From Eledone cirrhosa (lineage: Eukaryota): 64,000 nucleotides of DNA. The stretch is taken from NCBI GenBank assembly GCA_964016885.1, contig OZ024745.1, positions 75,082,001-75,146,000 of the forward strand, written 5' to 3'. Below, piece by piece: positions 12,048-24,919 of the stretch (position 1 is the stretch's first letter; each line of letters begins with the position of its first letter). Made by a program: the position numbers and the translations under genes. The notes beneath the pieces were generated by a model. That model did no database searches. It was given only the letters and a program-made list of their open reading frames with translations, and was not told where the DNA came from.

Positions 12048-15000
12048 TCATCATCATCATCATCATCAACGTTTAACGTCCGTGTTCCACGCTTGCATGG
12101 GTTTGGACGGGGGTAGTCCCACTTGAGGCAAGAGTGATTGTCTTGCTCGCATAGGACTGTCTGGCAGGTTTTCTACAATTGGATGCCCTTCCTAACACCA
12201 ACCACATTTACAGTGTGGGGCTGGGAAGTTTTTACCGTGTTGCCTACACGGCCACATTACAGCGTGGACTGTGTGTTTTTTTGTCGTGACACCTACACAA
12301 TCTCATTTGTTTCGGCCTGGATGGTGTGGCACCAACACAACTTTACATAGAACGGGGTGGCGTGGATGGGTTGGGGGTGGTGGGACGGGGGGGATATTTT
12401 GTTAGAGATGCCTACTGGCTGTAGTAGGTTTTACTATGTATTTAGGTAAGGCGGGTCTTCTCTGTTACTGAGTACCGCCAAAGGTCTCGGTCCAGTGACA
12501 TTGTCTTGGAGAGGTGTAAGTGTGTGAGGTCGGAGTTTATCAGCTCGTCCCAGGTTTTTCTAGGTCTGCCTATTCCGTGGCTACCGTCTATCTTTATTGC
12601 CCTGCACTTTGTTATACAGCTATCGACTTTCATGCGCATCACGTGTCCATACCAACGTAGCCTTCTCTCGAGTAAACAACATCTGATCCCTCTTATTTCT
12701 AATTTTTTCCTTAGTTCGTTTATGCTTTGCCGTTCACGTATATTACTGTTACACATCCAGCGGAGCATGCAAGCTTCGTTCCTCTCTAGTCTGCGTATAT
12801 CCTCTGCACACAATGCCCAGGTCTCACTGCCATGCAACATTGCTGTTCGTATGCAGGCATCGTACAACCTGCCTTTCATTTTTAGGGAGAACCCTTTAGC
12901 AGCTAATAGTGGTATAAGCTCTCTGAACTTTGTCCAACCAGTTCTGACTCTAGCTACTGTACTTTCAGAGCACCCTCCCCCACTGCTGATTTTATCACCC
13001 AGGTAACGGAAACTGTCCACTATTTCTATAGAACCCTCTGCGCAATTGAAAGAGCTAGTATTTTGTGGGCACTTGCTGCTACTTATTGCACCAGAGCACC
13101 GGCCACATGTAAAATCTATGTTCTTAGTTAGCTTACCTGTGATCCCACTACATCTTTTATGCACCCATACTTTGCATTTAGGACATAAAATGGAGTTTCT
13201 ACCTACGCCTTTCCTACACACCGAGCACGACCATTTCCCAGAAGGGACCGCCGCCTTATTTTCTTTGCTACAAACTAGAACTTTAGTCTTAGCCTGGTTA
13301 ATTTTAAGGCCTTTTGATTCTAGGCCGTGCTTCCATGTTTGGAATTTCTTCTCTAGCTCGGCCATTGATTCCGCTATGAGTGTCAGGTCGTCTGCGTATA
13401 GGAGTTCCCATGGGCAGCCGGTCTTGAACTCTTCTGTTATAGCCTGAAGGGCAATAATAAATAGTAGGGGGCTGAGAACAGAGCCCTGATGGACGCCAAC
13501 TTTTACGCTAAACTCTTCACTATATTCGTTGTTAATTCTAACCTTGCTGACTGTTTCTTTATACATGGCTTGTATAGCTCTCACAAGCCATTCGTCAACG
13601 CCTAGTTTTCTAAGAGCCCACCAGATAATGGAGCGGGGGACTCTGTCGAAAGCTTTCTCCAAGTCGACAAAAGCTAAGTAGAGGGGTTTACCTTTAGCTA
13701 GGTACTTCTCCTGTAGTTGTCGTACAATGAAAAGAGCGTCTGTGGTACTTTTGCCTGACACAAACCCGAACTGCATTTCATCTAGGTCAATTCTCTCTCT
13801 GATTAGTTGTGCTATTACTTTTTCCGTGACCTTCATGACCTGGTCGATTAATTTAATGCCTCTATAGTTACTCCTATCTAGGGCGTCTCCTTTACCCTTA
13901 TAACAGTTAACAATGATGCTGCTATGCCAGTCCTTCGGAACAACCCCATTCTGTACGACTTGGTTAACTATGCGGGTGACCATGGTGTGTCCCACCGTCC
14001 CAGATGCCTTCAGCATCTCAGCAACTATTTCCGAAGGCCCAGCCGCCTTACCCGTCTTCATATCCTTGATTGCCTTACTTATTATACTCCCCTCGACTAA
14101 CACTGCTGGTCCCTCTATTGGGTCGATATGGGGGAGACTGTCTTTCTCCCATTTATTCTCCTCATTTAGTAGCCTTTCATAGTGACACTTCCAAGCTACC
14201 TTCTTATCAGCGTCGGTGATGGCAAGTGTGCCATCGTCGTTTAGTACACACTTCTCCCCGACAATATCACGGTTTTCCTTGACGCATTGCCTAGCAATCC
14301 TGAACACCTCACGTTTTTGGTCATCGCGTTGTAGAACATGCTTGAACTTTCTTTCCTCAGTTTCCCTTCTTGCTAAGTACACTTGTCTCCTAGCTTCCCT
14401 CCTGGCCACTTGATAGTCTTCTCTACTTCCCCCATCCCGCCATACTTTCCAAGCCTGCTTTTTGGCCTTAATTGACCCTTCCACCTTACTGTTCCCCCAC
14501 CATGTTACCCTCCTCCTGCCTACAGGCCTGCTCCAGCCACAGACTTCGTCTGTCGCCAACAGCAGGTTTGCTTTCAGAAATTCCCACTCTCCCTCTATAT
14601 TGTCCGACTCTAAATGTTCTTCCTTACTGTCGAAAGCATCAAGTAATATGCTTTGAAATTTATTCCTGGCTGTGGGGTCCTTTAGCTTCCATATTTTTCT
14701 CCTGAGGATAGTCCTCTTCTGCTGTCGAGTACGTCTCGTCCTGACTATGAGGTCGCTAATTATCAGTCTATGTTGGGAGGTGCATTCTTCATGGGGGAGG
14801 GATTTAGTGTTTACAACAGACACTCTGTCACGTCTTCTGGTAAGGATATAATCTACCTGGCTTGTGTGTTCCCCGGATCTATAGGTGATCAGGTGATTGT
14901 CACGTTTTTTGAAGTTAGTGTTACAGATAGTTATGTTATTTGCATCACAGAATTCCAGGATTCTGGAGCCTTCCTCATTTCTAGTACCAAACCCATAGCC

Positions 15001-15576
15001 TCCATGGATTTCGTCGTAGCCATCACAATGTTGTCCAACGTGACCATTTAGGTCGCCTGCAATAATTATATAGTCACTGTCGGATATTTGGGAGGTAGTT
15101 AGCATCAGTGTCTCATAGAATCTGTCTTTTATAGTGCCGGGCAGTCCGGATTGGGGTGCGTACGCAGATATTACTGTCATCGTAGTTCTATTGAGGACAA
15201 GTCGTATTTTAATTATTCTGTCGTTCACTCTATTTACGTCTATTATCTTATCTGCCCACTTTTCTGCTACCATAATTCCTACTCCACCCAGCCCATCGTC
15301 GTTTCCCACCCAGAAAAGCTTATAACATCGTTTTTTACCCTCAATGAATCTAGCAGACCCACCCCTCCACCTGTTCTCTTGAATACAACAAACATCGACC
15401 TCCTTACGTTCAAGCATTTCTACAACCTCGTTAGCGCGACCCTTTAGGGTGCCTACATTTATGGTACCAACTCTGAAGTTTTGGATTGCGTTTGGGGGTT
15501 TGGGGCGGTGGGGGGCGGGGGGCGATGGGGTTATGTTAGCCGTCCGCGGTCGAAACAATGAGGAGTGCTCGCATTC

Positions 15577-15579
<3 letters not shown>
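12046..15579 (-). mobile_element. Young RTE-clade LINE (subfamily A), 5'-truncated just inside the ORF, flanked by (TA)n on both sides
   Basis: (CAT)n tail at 12046-12067 abuts (TA)n. The 5' end at 15579 abuts (TA)n. Very similar to the 52087-55600 copy. Confidence 0.95.
12442..15558 (-). CDS. APE endonuclease + reverse transcriptase + internal PHD finger; uninterrupted but lacks the native ATG
   Basis: APE motifs TINVGTL, QE, GDLNGH, VDYIL, QHRL. RT motifs FVDLEKAFD, QGSVLSP, YADD. The track start is a TTG; the native MPKLKS start seen in the 55626 copy is cut off. Confidence 0.9.
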   Translation of the reverse strand: MFRPRTANITPSPPAPHRPKPPNAIQNFRVGTINVGTLKGRANEVVEMLERKEVDVCCIQENRWRGGSARFIEGKKRCYKLFWVGNDDGLGGVGIMVAEKWADKIIDVNRVNDRIIKIRLVLNRTTMTVISAYAPQSGLPGTIKDRFYETLMLTTSQISDSDYIIIAGDLNGHVGQHCDGYDEIHGGYGFGTRNEEGSRILEFCDANNITICNTNFKKRDNHLITYRSGEHTSQVDYILTRRRDRVSVVNTKSLPHEECTSQHRLIISDLIVRTRRTRQQKRTILRRKIWKLKDPTARNKFQSILLDAFDSKEEHLESDNIEGEWEFLKANLLLATDEVCGWSRPVGRRRVTWWGNSKVEGSIKAKKQAWKVWRDGGSREDYQVARREARRQVYLARRETEERKFKHVLQRDDQKREVFRIARQCVKENRDIVGEKCVLNDDGTLAITDADKKVAWKCHYERLLNEENKWEKDSLPHIDPIEGPAVLVEGSIISKAIKDMKTGKAAGPSEIVAEMLKASGTVGHTMVTRIVNQVVQNGVVPKDWHSSIIVNCYKGKGDALDRSNYRGIKLIDQVMKVTEKVIAQLIRERIDLDEMQFGFVSGKSTTDALFIVRQLQEKYLAKGKPLYLAFVDLEKAFDRVPRSIIWWALRKLGVDEWLVRAIQAMYKETVSKVRINNEYSEEFSVKVGVHQGSVLSPLLFIIALQAITEEFKTGCPWELLYADDLTLIAESMAELEKKFQTWKHGLESKGLKINQAKTKVLVCSKENKAAVPSGKWSCSVCRKGVGRNSILCPKCKVWVHKRCSGITGKLTKNIDFTCGRCSGAISSSKCPQNTSSFNCAEGSIEIVDSFRYLGDKISSGGGCSESTVARVRTGWTKFRELIPLLAAKGFSLKMKGRLYDACIRTAMLHGSETWALCAEDIRRLERNEACMLRWMCNSNIRERQSINELRKKLEIRGIRCCLLERRLRWYGHVMRMKVDSCITKCRAIKIDGSHGIGRPRKTWDELINSDLTHLHLSKTMSLDRDLWRYSVTEKTRLT

Positions 15580-15663
<84 letters not shown>

Positions 15664-16694
15664 GTTGACAGAACAACTGAATGTTCATCATCAAAACCGA
15701 TGGAGGATCCATCACATATATAATTACTAAACTCTGTGCGTGTGTGTGTGTGTGTATGTGTGTGTGTATATGTGTGTATGTGTATGTGGTTCAAACAGAT
15801 GCTAGTCGTTCCATATGTTGGTCTCCCAGGCAGAAGAAGTAAACAAACATTTATCAGAATAACTGTCAACTGATACACATTTCTGGTACCATAATCTGAC
15901 TAATAAGGAAAGTATGAGTTTGTGTTACTGGACCAAGAGACTCCCACCTCCACATCATCAATACCATTCCCTAGCTCCATACTCAAAACAGTGTTCTAAT
16001 TATAAGAGCTTTAAGTGATCACTCGACATGCTAGAAATGGTAGTCAGATCCATCTCAAATCACACCCTACTGTCTTAAATAAGGAAAGAATCCGTTAGAT
16101 AATATATGCTTAGATACCTTAAAAAGATAGTTGGCAACAACAACGCAGACATACTCACATAGGGTCCACAATAAAGGTCGGGGGGAGTGTAATAAGCATG
16201 GAGGTCGGAAAATTGGTAATTTTTTTTTGTCTCCCATTGGTTTTTTTTTAGAAACCAGAATTAGTAGGTTAAGTTTACATATTGAGACCCCAACCTATCA
16301 TATTTTATAACATATGGGATTTCTTGTAATGTTCTTTTTTGTCATGTATGATGTTTTTTAATGTCTAAAGAAAATTAATTATAGCAGGAATGCTACCACT
16401 TAAAATTAAATTTCGACATAGATAGAGTAGCAAAAATTAATAGCCGGGGTTGGGTGGGGGTGGCGATTATTCGGGGACCCAAGAATACAATATAGGATAG
16501 CCTCAGTTCCCTACAGATATCCCCTATCTAACTTTATAATTCTAGGTAACAAATTGGAAGAGTTGTGGATGTATAGGACAAAATGTCTTGCAGTATTTAT
16601 TGCAGTTTTCTGTACTGAGTTCAAATCTTTTTGGGATCAACTTTGTTTTCCATCCTTTTAAGGTTGATAATATAAAGTACCAGTCTAGGGCTGT

Positions 16695-16960
16695 GGGGGC
16701 ATGTGGTTTAGTGGTAAGGGTGTTGGACTTATAATATTGTGGGTTCGATTCCTCGGCTTGGTTTGTGTTTTGTTAATGAGCAAAACATTTCATTTCATGT
16801 TGCTCTAGTATATTCAGCTGAAAAGGAGTACCAACAATAACTGGGTGTTTAACCCTGTGATGGACTAGTGTCCTGTCCAGATGGAAGTCTTGTACTCTCA
16901 GTTGCTTTGTGCCATGAAACCGGGATAAGCACTGGCCTGACAAGCCTCCTGGTTTGAGAC
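16695..16960 (+). mobile_element. Older tRNA-derived SINE with CORE-like body and a different 3' region
   Basis: A box TGGTTTAGTGG, B box GGTTCGATTCC, gagcaaaacatttcatttc, then aaccctgtgatggactagtgtcctgtccag...gaaaccggga. Confidence 0.7.
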
Positions 16961-17199
16961 AGACATTAGACTATACAAAGAAGGACACTGAGGCATAGAA
17001 AAGGTAAGAAGGGAGAATAGGGAGAAACAGGCCAGGTGGTGTATTTATATTTATATTTATATATATTGGTGTTAGGAAGGGCATTCAACTATAGATACTA
17101 TATCAAATATGGGACATGAGCAAAATGAGGTTGCTTCGACCTGACTGAAAGCATAACAACCTGACTAACCCATACCAGCATGAAAGTAAATATAAAATG

Positions 17200-17264
<65 letters not shown>

Positions 17265-17295
17265 CATATATATATATATATATATACGCACACAC

Positions 17296-17350
<55 letters not shown>

Positions 17351-19129
17351 TATAAATATATATATATATAGAGAGAGAGAGGGGGGGAGGGAGGGAGAGA
17401 GAGAAGTCAACATTTGACTAAAATAATCTAAAAATATATATTTATTGAACTATTTACTCAGGATATGTGATTAGATACAAATAAAATTAAAATAAAAAAT
17501 ATATTAAAAATTATATAAAAGGACATTAAAAAAATGTACAAGTAAAATAAAATAAACTGTTTATGAAAGATTATTTATATTTCTATTGTTATTTTGATAA
17601 GATGATTCACTCTTTGTCTTTAACTTTTATCTTGCTTAAAATGTTTATAACAAGTATGTTAATTTTATTGTGTGCATATCATTACCAAAAACAAATGTAA
17701 TGTTATATAGGTATAACAATGACTGTGTGACAGAGTAGAAGGGAGGATAAGGTGCTGAAGTATTGCTTATATCAGTAGTTCTCAAAATTTTCACTACCAA
17801 TGACTACTTTTCATCATCATCATTACCACTACCATCACCACCATCCAGCAGAGCATGCTAGCCACATTTTTTTCTAACCTTTTCATTCATTGCTCATGTT
17901 TCACTATCATACTACATCACTTTTCATATGCAGGCATCATACAATTTACACTTACCCCAGAGAGAGAGGGGGGGGGGAGATCTCCTTCTGTTGTCAGCTG
18001 AAGTAGTAACTCCCTGGACTTTCCAGTGAACCCTCCTCTATTGCTAATTAAGTCACATAGATAACTGAAGCTATCAACTACTTTCTTGGATTGGAAAGAT
18101 TTTATTTCACTGATATACTAGCTACTCCTGTGCATCTGTCATTTAAATGAATTTTCCCCCGGATCCTCCACTACAATTAATCCCCTCACAAGAATAACAA
18201 TTGAAAGAGAGAAATGCTTATACTTAGAGAAGAATGGATACCAAATAACGTGTGCATGTTATGTTTTTAACAAGGTTCTTGAAACTTTGAATTTAGCTCT
18301 CATACCCTAAGACCTTTTACAAACACCAGGCTGGGAACGATTGGATTGTATTGTCAATGGTTTGAATGTTAATACTGCAGTCATTACACTATACCTTTCA
18401 ACAAGCTACATGACTGTTGGCCCATTTCAGTTAATAAAACAATGGAAAAACTGATGAAAATGAAAATATTTCAGATCTTATAAAAAATTATGTTGGAAGA
18501 TTTTAATTTAAATTGGAAACATTTAAAATAGGTGTTGTATTTCATAGAAATAGAGCCAGTTTTAGCCAGGTTGTTAACAAAAGGATTGAGGAGTAGTGAA
18601 GGATGAACTCCTCTACGTAAAAGTGTGTGTGCATGTATGCGTAAATATCATAGAAAGTACGTCATTAATTCACTTCACACCGAACCCACCTGAAACCACC
18701 TCTAGTCATACGATATAAAACTGTTCAAGTGTTAATGCATATAAGAGTGACGTGACAAAAACGAAAACAAAATAAAACAATACAAAAAGAAACAATATAA
18801 CAAAAAAAAGGAATGGCAAGTCGTTGATATATAAAAAAGGAAGAATATGAGAGACAACTAAATCTTGAGGTGAGGTTTAGTAAAATAATTTTAAGATGAT
18901 GTTTGGAGTATAACTTATCAAAAGTTTCTTTGTTAAAATTATGAGGTTGCCATGTGTTTGCCTGGACTAGAGGGTCTTCTCTGCTTTATATTGTCTTTGT
19001 AAAGAAGACCTTTTAGTCTGGTTGAGTCATGAGAACCCACTAGAGCTGGTGTTACAATAAAATGCACTCAGTACACTCTGTAAAGAGGTAGTATTTGTGC
19101 CACAATAAAATGCACCCAGTACACTCTGG

Positions 19130-19265
19130 TCGTCTTCATGCATTAGCACCAAGACCAAGCTCCGCCTGTACAAGAGCATCGTGCTGCCAACAGTGCTTTA
19201 TGCGAGCGAGACCTGGAAGAGTACGGTAAAAATAGAGAGACGGCTGAACGCTTTCCACCAGCATG
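19130..19265 (+). mobile_element. Short internal RTE fragment of another family
   Basis: ISTKTKLRLYKSIVLPTVLYASETWKSTVKIERRLNAFHQ. Confidence 0.7.
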
Positions 19266-19600
19266 GTTATCTGAACGCTTTCCCCAAAACATGGTTATTT
19301 GATCATATCTTGTTTTGGACTGTGATGACCCATCCACCCATATCAACATACTTCAAAACACAAATTTTTGCATCATAAAGCCAAGATAGTCTCATTTTCA
19401 TGCAGGTTGCTATTGAAAGGGTTAAAGAGTGTCAGAAATGGTAGAGTGCATGATTACCATTAGTTGGTCTTTACTAGAATCCAATTTGTTACAAACTTCA
19501 GCCTAGCTTTTCAGTCTGAGGATAACTTCCTTTCACCAGTCTTGGAGGTGTTGAAAAAAGATTATGGGTGCTGCTAGTCCTTCTCTCACAAAGCTATTAA

Positions 19601-20785
19601 CCCTTTTGATACCAAACTGTCTGAAACTGCCCCTGGTTCTTCAATACAAAGCTGTCTATAAAATGTAGGAAGCTCAAACAGAAAATAACTGCAATTACAG
19701 TCAGTTGCTACAAAATAGCTTATAAAAATTGGGTATAGGCCCCTAGAGACAGAAAAATGTTGCTAGCAACCACTACAAAGAATTGAAATCTGTATCTCCC
19801 AGATACCAACTAAGTGCTCTAACTATTGAGTTAAGAGACCCCAGACAGTGTCTTACTGTCCATATTCATCTAAAACTTTCCATCATAATTTTATGTAAGT
19901 ATCTGTGTTAAGTTATGTTCCAAGAACCAACTTAAGTAGAGAGTTAATTATATTACTAATACTCGATTCATCATCATCATCATCATCACCGTTTTACGTC
20001 CGTTCTTCCACGCTAGCATGGGTTAGACGGGTTGTCCTGTTGTGGGCAGTGTCTGGTCGGCTGACCATGCCTTGCTCATACAGGAACTGATTTGGCTTGA
20101 TTTCTACAGCTGGATGCCCTTCCTAACACCAACCTCATTTACAGTGAGTGCTGGGTGCTTTTTCGTGGCGCCTACACATCCACTTTACAGTGTGGGCTGG
20201 GTGCTTTTTTGCCGTGGCACCTCCACGACCACCTTGCAGTGGGAGGGTGTGGGGCATATTGTCTATATGCTTCAGCTTGTACCCATGGGAGGTCGGGTAC
20301 TCTGTATTACTGTGTGACGCCAGAGGTCACGGTCGTGTGTCATTGCCTTTGAGAGGTGTAATTGGGTAAGGTCGGCTTTTATCACCTCATCCCAGGTCAT
20401 CTTGGGTCTCCCCACTCCGCGGTTTCCATCGACTTCTAGTGCTCTGCACCTTTTTATGCAGCTGTCATCCTTCATACGCATCACATGTCCATACCAACGC
20501 AACTGCCTCTCCTGCACACAGCATTTGATTCCTCTTATGCTCAGTCTCTCTCTCAATTCATTTATTCTTTGTCGTTCGCGTATATTACTATTACACATCT
20601 ATCGGAGCATGCAGGCTTCGTTTCTCTCTAATCTATGTAAGTCTTCCACCTTCAGCGCCCAGGTCTCACTACCATGTAACATTGCTGTTCAGATACACGC
20701 ACATGCTGTTCGGATACACATATTTTAAAAAATTACTTGAAAATAATTTTCAGTGTGTTCCATTTGAAATATAGTAATGAAAGGG
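19601..20785. mobile_element. TTAA-flanked (piggyBac-like) MITE interrupted by nested insertions
   Basis: TTAA|CCCTTT at 19597-19606 and AAAGGG|TTAA at 20780-20789. Internal pieces match the intact copy at 20790-21013. Confidence 0.7.
19968..20720 (-). mobile_element. 5'-truncated RTE (subfamily C)
   Basis: ORF end ...ERQLRWYGHVMRM...RPKMTWDEVIK, 3' UTR with two 48-bp modules, (CAT)n tail. Near-identical to 61945-62748. Confidence 0.9.
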
Positions 20786-20789
20786 TTAA

Positions 20790-21013
20790 CCCTTTAGTGA
20801 CCAACCTGGCCAAAACTTGCTCTGGTTCTTATGAAATAATATCACCCATTTTAAAAGTTTCCAATTTAAATTAAAAGCTTCCAAAATAATTTTATATAAG
20901 AACCTTAAATTAAGTTACTATCTTACTAATGAAATAATTAGTAAATCCCTCAAAATTCTTCATTAATTAATTAAAGTAGAGTGTATTTCATTAGAAATGC
21001 AGCCACGAAAGGG
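20790..21013. mobile_element. TTAA-flanked MITE (family A)
   Basis: TTAA-CCCTTT...AAAGGG-TTAA; similar to 24702-24919. Confidence 0.8.
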
Positions 21014-21465
21014 TTAAATAATAAATGTAATATGGTATGTAGTTACATTCTTTTATATGTTGTGGTGATGATGATAGTTTCAATTCTTAGTGCCTTAACC
21101 TTCATCCAATTTGGGTTGTTAAAACAATAACTACAACAAAAATTTGATAGATAAAAAAATAGGTTTTATTTATTTATATTGTGAAAAATACATCTATACT
21201 GTGACTCATTCTGATTCTCGTATAATAGGTCACCACTTCAGATGTGACCTATTTAAAGCATAAGCATATTTGTTAATCAACAGACAAACATGATGAGTAT
21301 ATATATCTCAACAAATAAAGTTGGAGAGAGAGAAGAAGAGAAGAGATAGAGAGGGGATGTATATATATATATATGTATGTAAAAGGTAAACAGAAATAAC
21401 AACACAATCGGTACAGTATATAGAAGGAATATATTAGGTTAACGCTTGAAATAGCAGGAAGTGGA

Positions 21466-21501
21466 TCTTAACGTTTTGGACGCTAGTCCTTCATCAGAAG
21501 A
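21466..21501 (-). ncRNA. Minimal hammerhead ribozyme relic (GAAA mutated to AAAA)
   Basis: Minus strand reads tctt-CTGATGA-a-GGAC-tagc-GTCC-aAAA-cgtt-aaga. Confidence 0.6.
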
Positions 21502-22004
21502 AAGAATGATAAATTAGATAAATCGAAGGGACCGGCAGGATGCAATTGGAAAAAATGTCTTTAGTCACACACTTTGTCATGCTGAATCCCCCTGAGAATA
21601 ACATTAAGGGTATATATGTCTGTGGAATACTCAGCCACTTAGATGTTGATTTCAGGAGAAGGTGGTTCCATTGATCAAACAACTGGAATATTCATCACTG
21701 GAATCTGATAAGGTTCCATTTTGGGTACTTCAGATGATAATATCTGATATGTCCTATTAAAAAAACAGTAAAGTGTGATTTGAGGGAGATTTTTGGCTAT
21801 TATTTCTTGCAGATCGAGTGACAATGCAGGTTTTTCCTTTATTAGTTCAATGGAAAAAAATTAATTACATAACAGCAACAATCATTTGAAGGTCATTTTC
21901 CTTACTAAAGCAGGAATTAGCTTTGCGCTCTCCATACTAATCTATGTGGTATTTTTTGGTGTCAATGATTTACAGTGAGATACCCTGTTTGATGCCAATC
22001 ATTT

Positions 22005-23170
22005 TCATTATCATCATCACCGTTTTACGTCCGTTCTTCCATGCTAGCATGGGTTAGACGGGTTGTCCTGTTGTGGGCAGTGTCTGGTCGGCTGACCATG
22101 CCTTGCTCATACAGGAACTGATTTGGCTTGATTTCTACAGCTGGATGCCCTTCCTAACACTAATCTCCTTTACAGTGAGTGCCGGGTGCTTTTTCGTGGC
22201 GCCTACACGTCCACTTTACAGTGTGGGCTGGGTGCTTTTTTTCCGTGGCACCTCCACAACCACCTTGCAGTGGGAGGGTGTGGGGGCATATTGTCTATAT
22301 GCTTCAGCTTGTACCCATGGGAGGTCGGGTACTCTGTATTACTGCGTGACGTCAGAGGTCACGGTCGTGTGTCATCGCATCGCCTTTGAGAGGTGTAATT
22401 GGGTAAGGTCGGCTTTTATCACCTCATCCCAAGTCATCTTGGGTCTCCCCACTCCGCGGTTTCCATCGACTTCTAGGCTCTGCACCTTTTTATGCAGCTG
22501 TCATCCTTCATACGCATCACATGTCCATACCAACGCCACCGCCTCTCCTGCACACAGCATTTGATTCCTCTTATGCTCAGTCTCTCTCTCAATTCATTTA
22601 TGCTTTGTCGTTCGCGTATATTACTATTACACATCCATCGGAGCATGCAGGCTTCGTTTCTCTCTAATCTACGTAAGTCTTCCACCTTCAGCTTATTCAC
22701 CTTCTCACTACCATGTAACATTGCTGTTCGGATACACGTATCATACAGTCTGCCTTTCATTTTGAGGGAGAAGCCTTTTGCAGCTAGCAGTGGTAGTAGT
22801 TCCCTGAACTTCTTCCATCCCGTTCTTGCCCTAGTTATTGTACTTTCTGAACACCCACCTCCGCTGCTAATTCGGTCACCTAGGTAGCAGAAGCTGTCTA
22901 CTGTCTCTACAGAGCCCTCCCAGAGATTGGTGGTACTTGTTTCCTCTGGCTGTTTGCTGCTTGCTGTCCCAGTACAGCTGCTGCATGTGAAGCCTACATT
23001 CTTAATTAAGCTTCCTGAGATCCCGCTACATCTCTTGTGTACCAATTGTTTGCATTTGGGGCAGAGAATGGAGTTCCTACCTACACCTTTCCTACATACT
23101 GAGCAAGGCCATTTCCCTGAGGGGATCTGGGTTCTGTTTTCTCGTCTACTTACAAGGACCTTAGTCTTTG
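22005..23170 (-). mobile_element. 5'-truncated RTE (subfamily C) including the PHD segment
   Basis: ORF 22473-23045 HKRCSG..CSSC..FCYLGD..RWYGHVMRM; 3' UTR shared with the 19968 copy. Confidence 0.9.
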
Positions 23171-24205
23171 TCTTATATACAAGGATATTGTGTATCTACT
23201 TTAAATCAAATACACACAGTTCAATGAAGCTTGTCACAAATGTTGTATTATATTCCCTGAAGAGACATTTAAAACTTTGTTTAAAATCTCATCAAAGGTC
23301 CCAGTTGAGTTGTTCTCCCATAATTTATATATGTATATCACTAGATTACATTTAGTCCATGTACATAACTTGTTTGTTTAGTTTTATTAGATGGTCTAAA
23401 TTTAGGTCAATTTTTAGGACCAGTCCTGTTTTCTCAATATAACCAAAACCTTATTGGGAAGGTGTATAGTCCACCGAATTGACTCCAAGAATATTACAGT
23501 AAAATTTGAACTCAGAACATAAAGGGAAATAACTAAATATTACAAAATATTTCATCCAGTCATCATCAGCATTGGTTTTATGTCCGCTTATCATACTGGT
23601 ATGGTTGCATGGGTGGTCATGTTGTGGGAGGGACTAAACTATTCAAGTGACCACATCTTGCTAATATCTTTCCTATTCAGCATGGTTTCTATGGCTTGTT
23701 GCATTTCCTAACATGAACAACCTTACAAGGTGTACTGTGTGCAATTTTCATGGCACCAGCAATACCACTTTACAGCTATACACTTACCTCCTAACCTGAA
23801 TTAATTAATCTGGTGTACTGTTTGAAAATTGGCAGAATTGTTAGACAGAATATCTTGTGTTAATTGTTCTGGATCTTTGCATTTAAATCCCACCAAGGTC
23901 AACTTTACCTTTCATCCCACCAGGTCGATAAAATGAAGTACTATCTCAGGGCAACATGGGTAGAAATTCCAGAACAGTCAGATGAGATGCCTTGCAGTAT
24001 CTGTTTTGGTGCTTTCTTTCTGAGTTCATATTCTGCCTAAGGATTCAAACCCCCTTGAAACTAACATTGATTTAAAAAGCTGCTATGTTTGGAGGAGAAT
24101 TATGACCTTTTGCTTCCAAAATTGAATGATGATGATATTATTGGTGCTTATCTTGAAAGAATGAAAGATAAGATTAACCTTTTTGATACCAAACACCTGA
24201 TTCTA

Positions 24206-24422
24206 CAAGGGGATGCTGAAAAGTCCCTGGCTTCCGATAAAAGAAAATACAGGAGGATCTGTTAATTATGATTTTATTCAACATATTCCCCTCTCAGATT
24301 CACACACTTATTGCAGTAGTGCTTCAGATTTTCTAAGCTTTGTGAAAAGAACTTGGAAGGTTGGACTTCAAACCAGGCCTCTGTAGCAGTGATCAAGCCA
24401 GGTACTTTTCAGCACCCCGTCA
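24206..24422. mobile_element. Tc1/mariner-type MITE with TA target duplication, nested in a TTAA MITE (~24178-24638)
   Basis: TA-caaggggatgctgaaaagtccctggctt ... aagccaggtacttttcagcaccccgtca-TA, i.e. ~28-bp imperfect TIRs. Confidence 0.85.
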
Positions 24423-24701
24423 TACAATACAAAACTATATATTTTAAAGTGTTTATATTTATCCAAAAACCTTTCATCATAATTTTATGTTATCCAAAAA
24501 CCTTTCTTAAGTTATGTTCCAAACACCAGTTTAATAATGAGCAAGTTAGTTATTTCATTAAATCCCTCCAAATTCTTTTTCAAAATTATTTTAAAATCAT
24601 AGACAGTGTTTTCCATTAGAAATATGATAATGAAAGTGTTAATTCAAGGAATGAGAACTCAGATAAAAGAATGATGATACAAAGCTCTGTAGTGCATTTA
24701 A

Positions 24702-24919
24702 CTCTTTAGTTCCCAACCCGGCCAAAACCAGCTCCAGTTTTATGAAATAAAATTACCCCTTTTAAAGGTTTCCAGTTTAAATTAAAATCTTCCATCATAA
24801 TTTTATATAAAAACCTTATATTAGGTTACTATCTTAGTAAAGTAATAACTAATAATTTTAGTAAATCCCTCAAAATTCTTCAATAATTAATTAAAATAGA
24901 GTGTATGTCATAGAAAGGG
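24702..24919. mobile_element. TTAA-flanked MITE (family A)
   Basis: TTAA-CTCTTT...AAAGGG-TTAA; body matches 20790-21013. Confidence 0.8.

Noticed and set aside
12506-15447. Numerous antisense ORFs overlapping RTE copies
   Set aside because: Shadow frames of the LINE ORF; they recur only because the element is repeated.
16150-16490. Possible DNA-transposon TIR pair
   Set aside because: Similarity between the ends is too weak to support by eye.
23258-23300. Other CTGANGA hits (e.g. 769, 18451, 23258, 34748, 42670) as hammerheads
   Set aside because: No stem II followed by GAAA and no stem I pairing.
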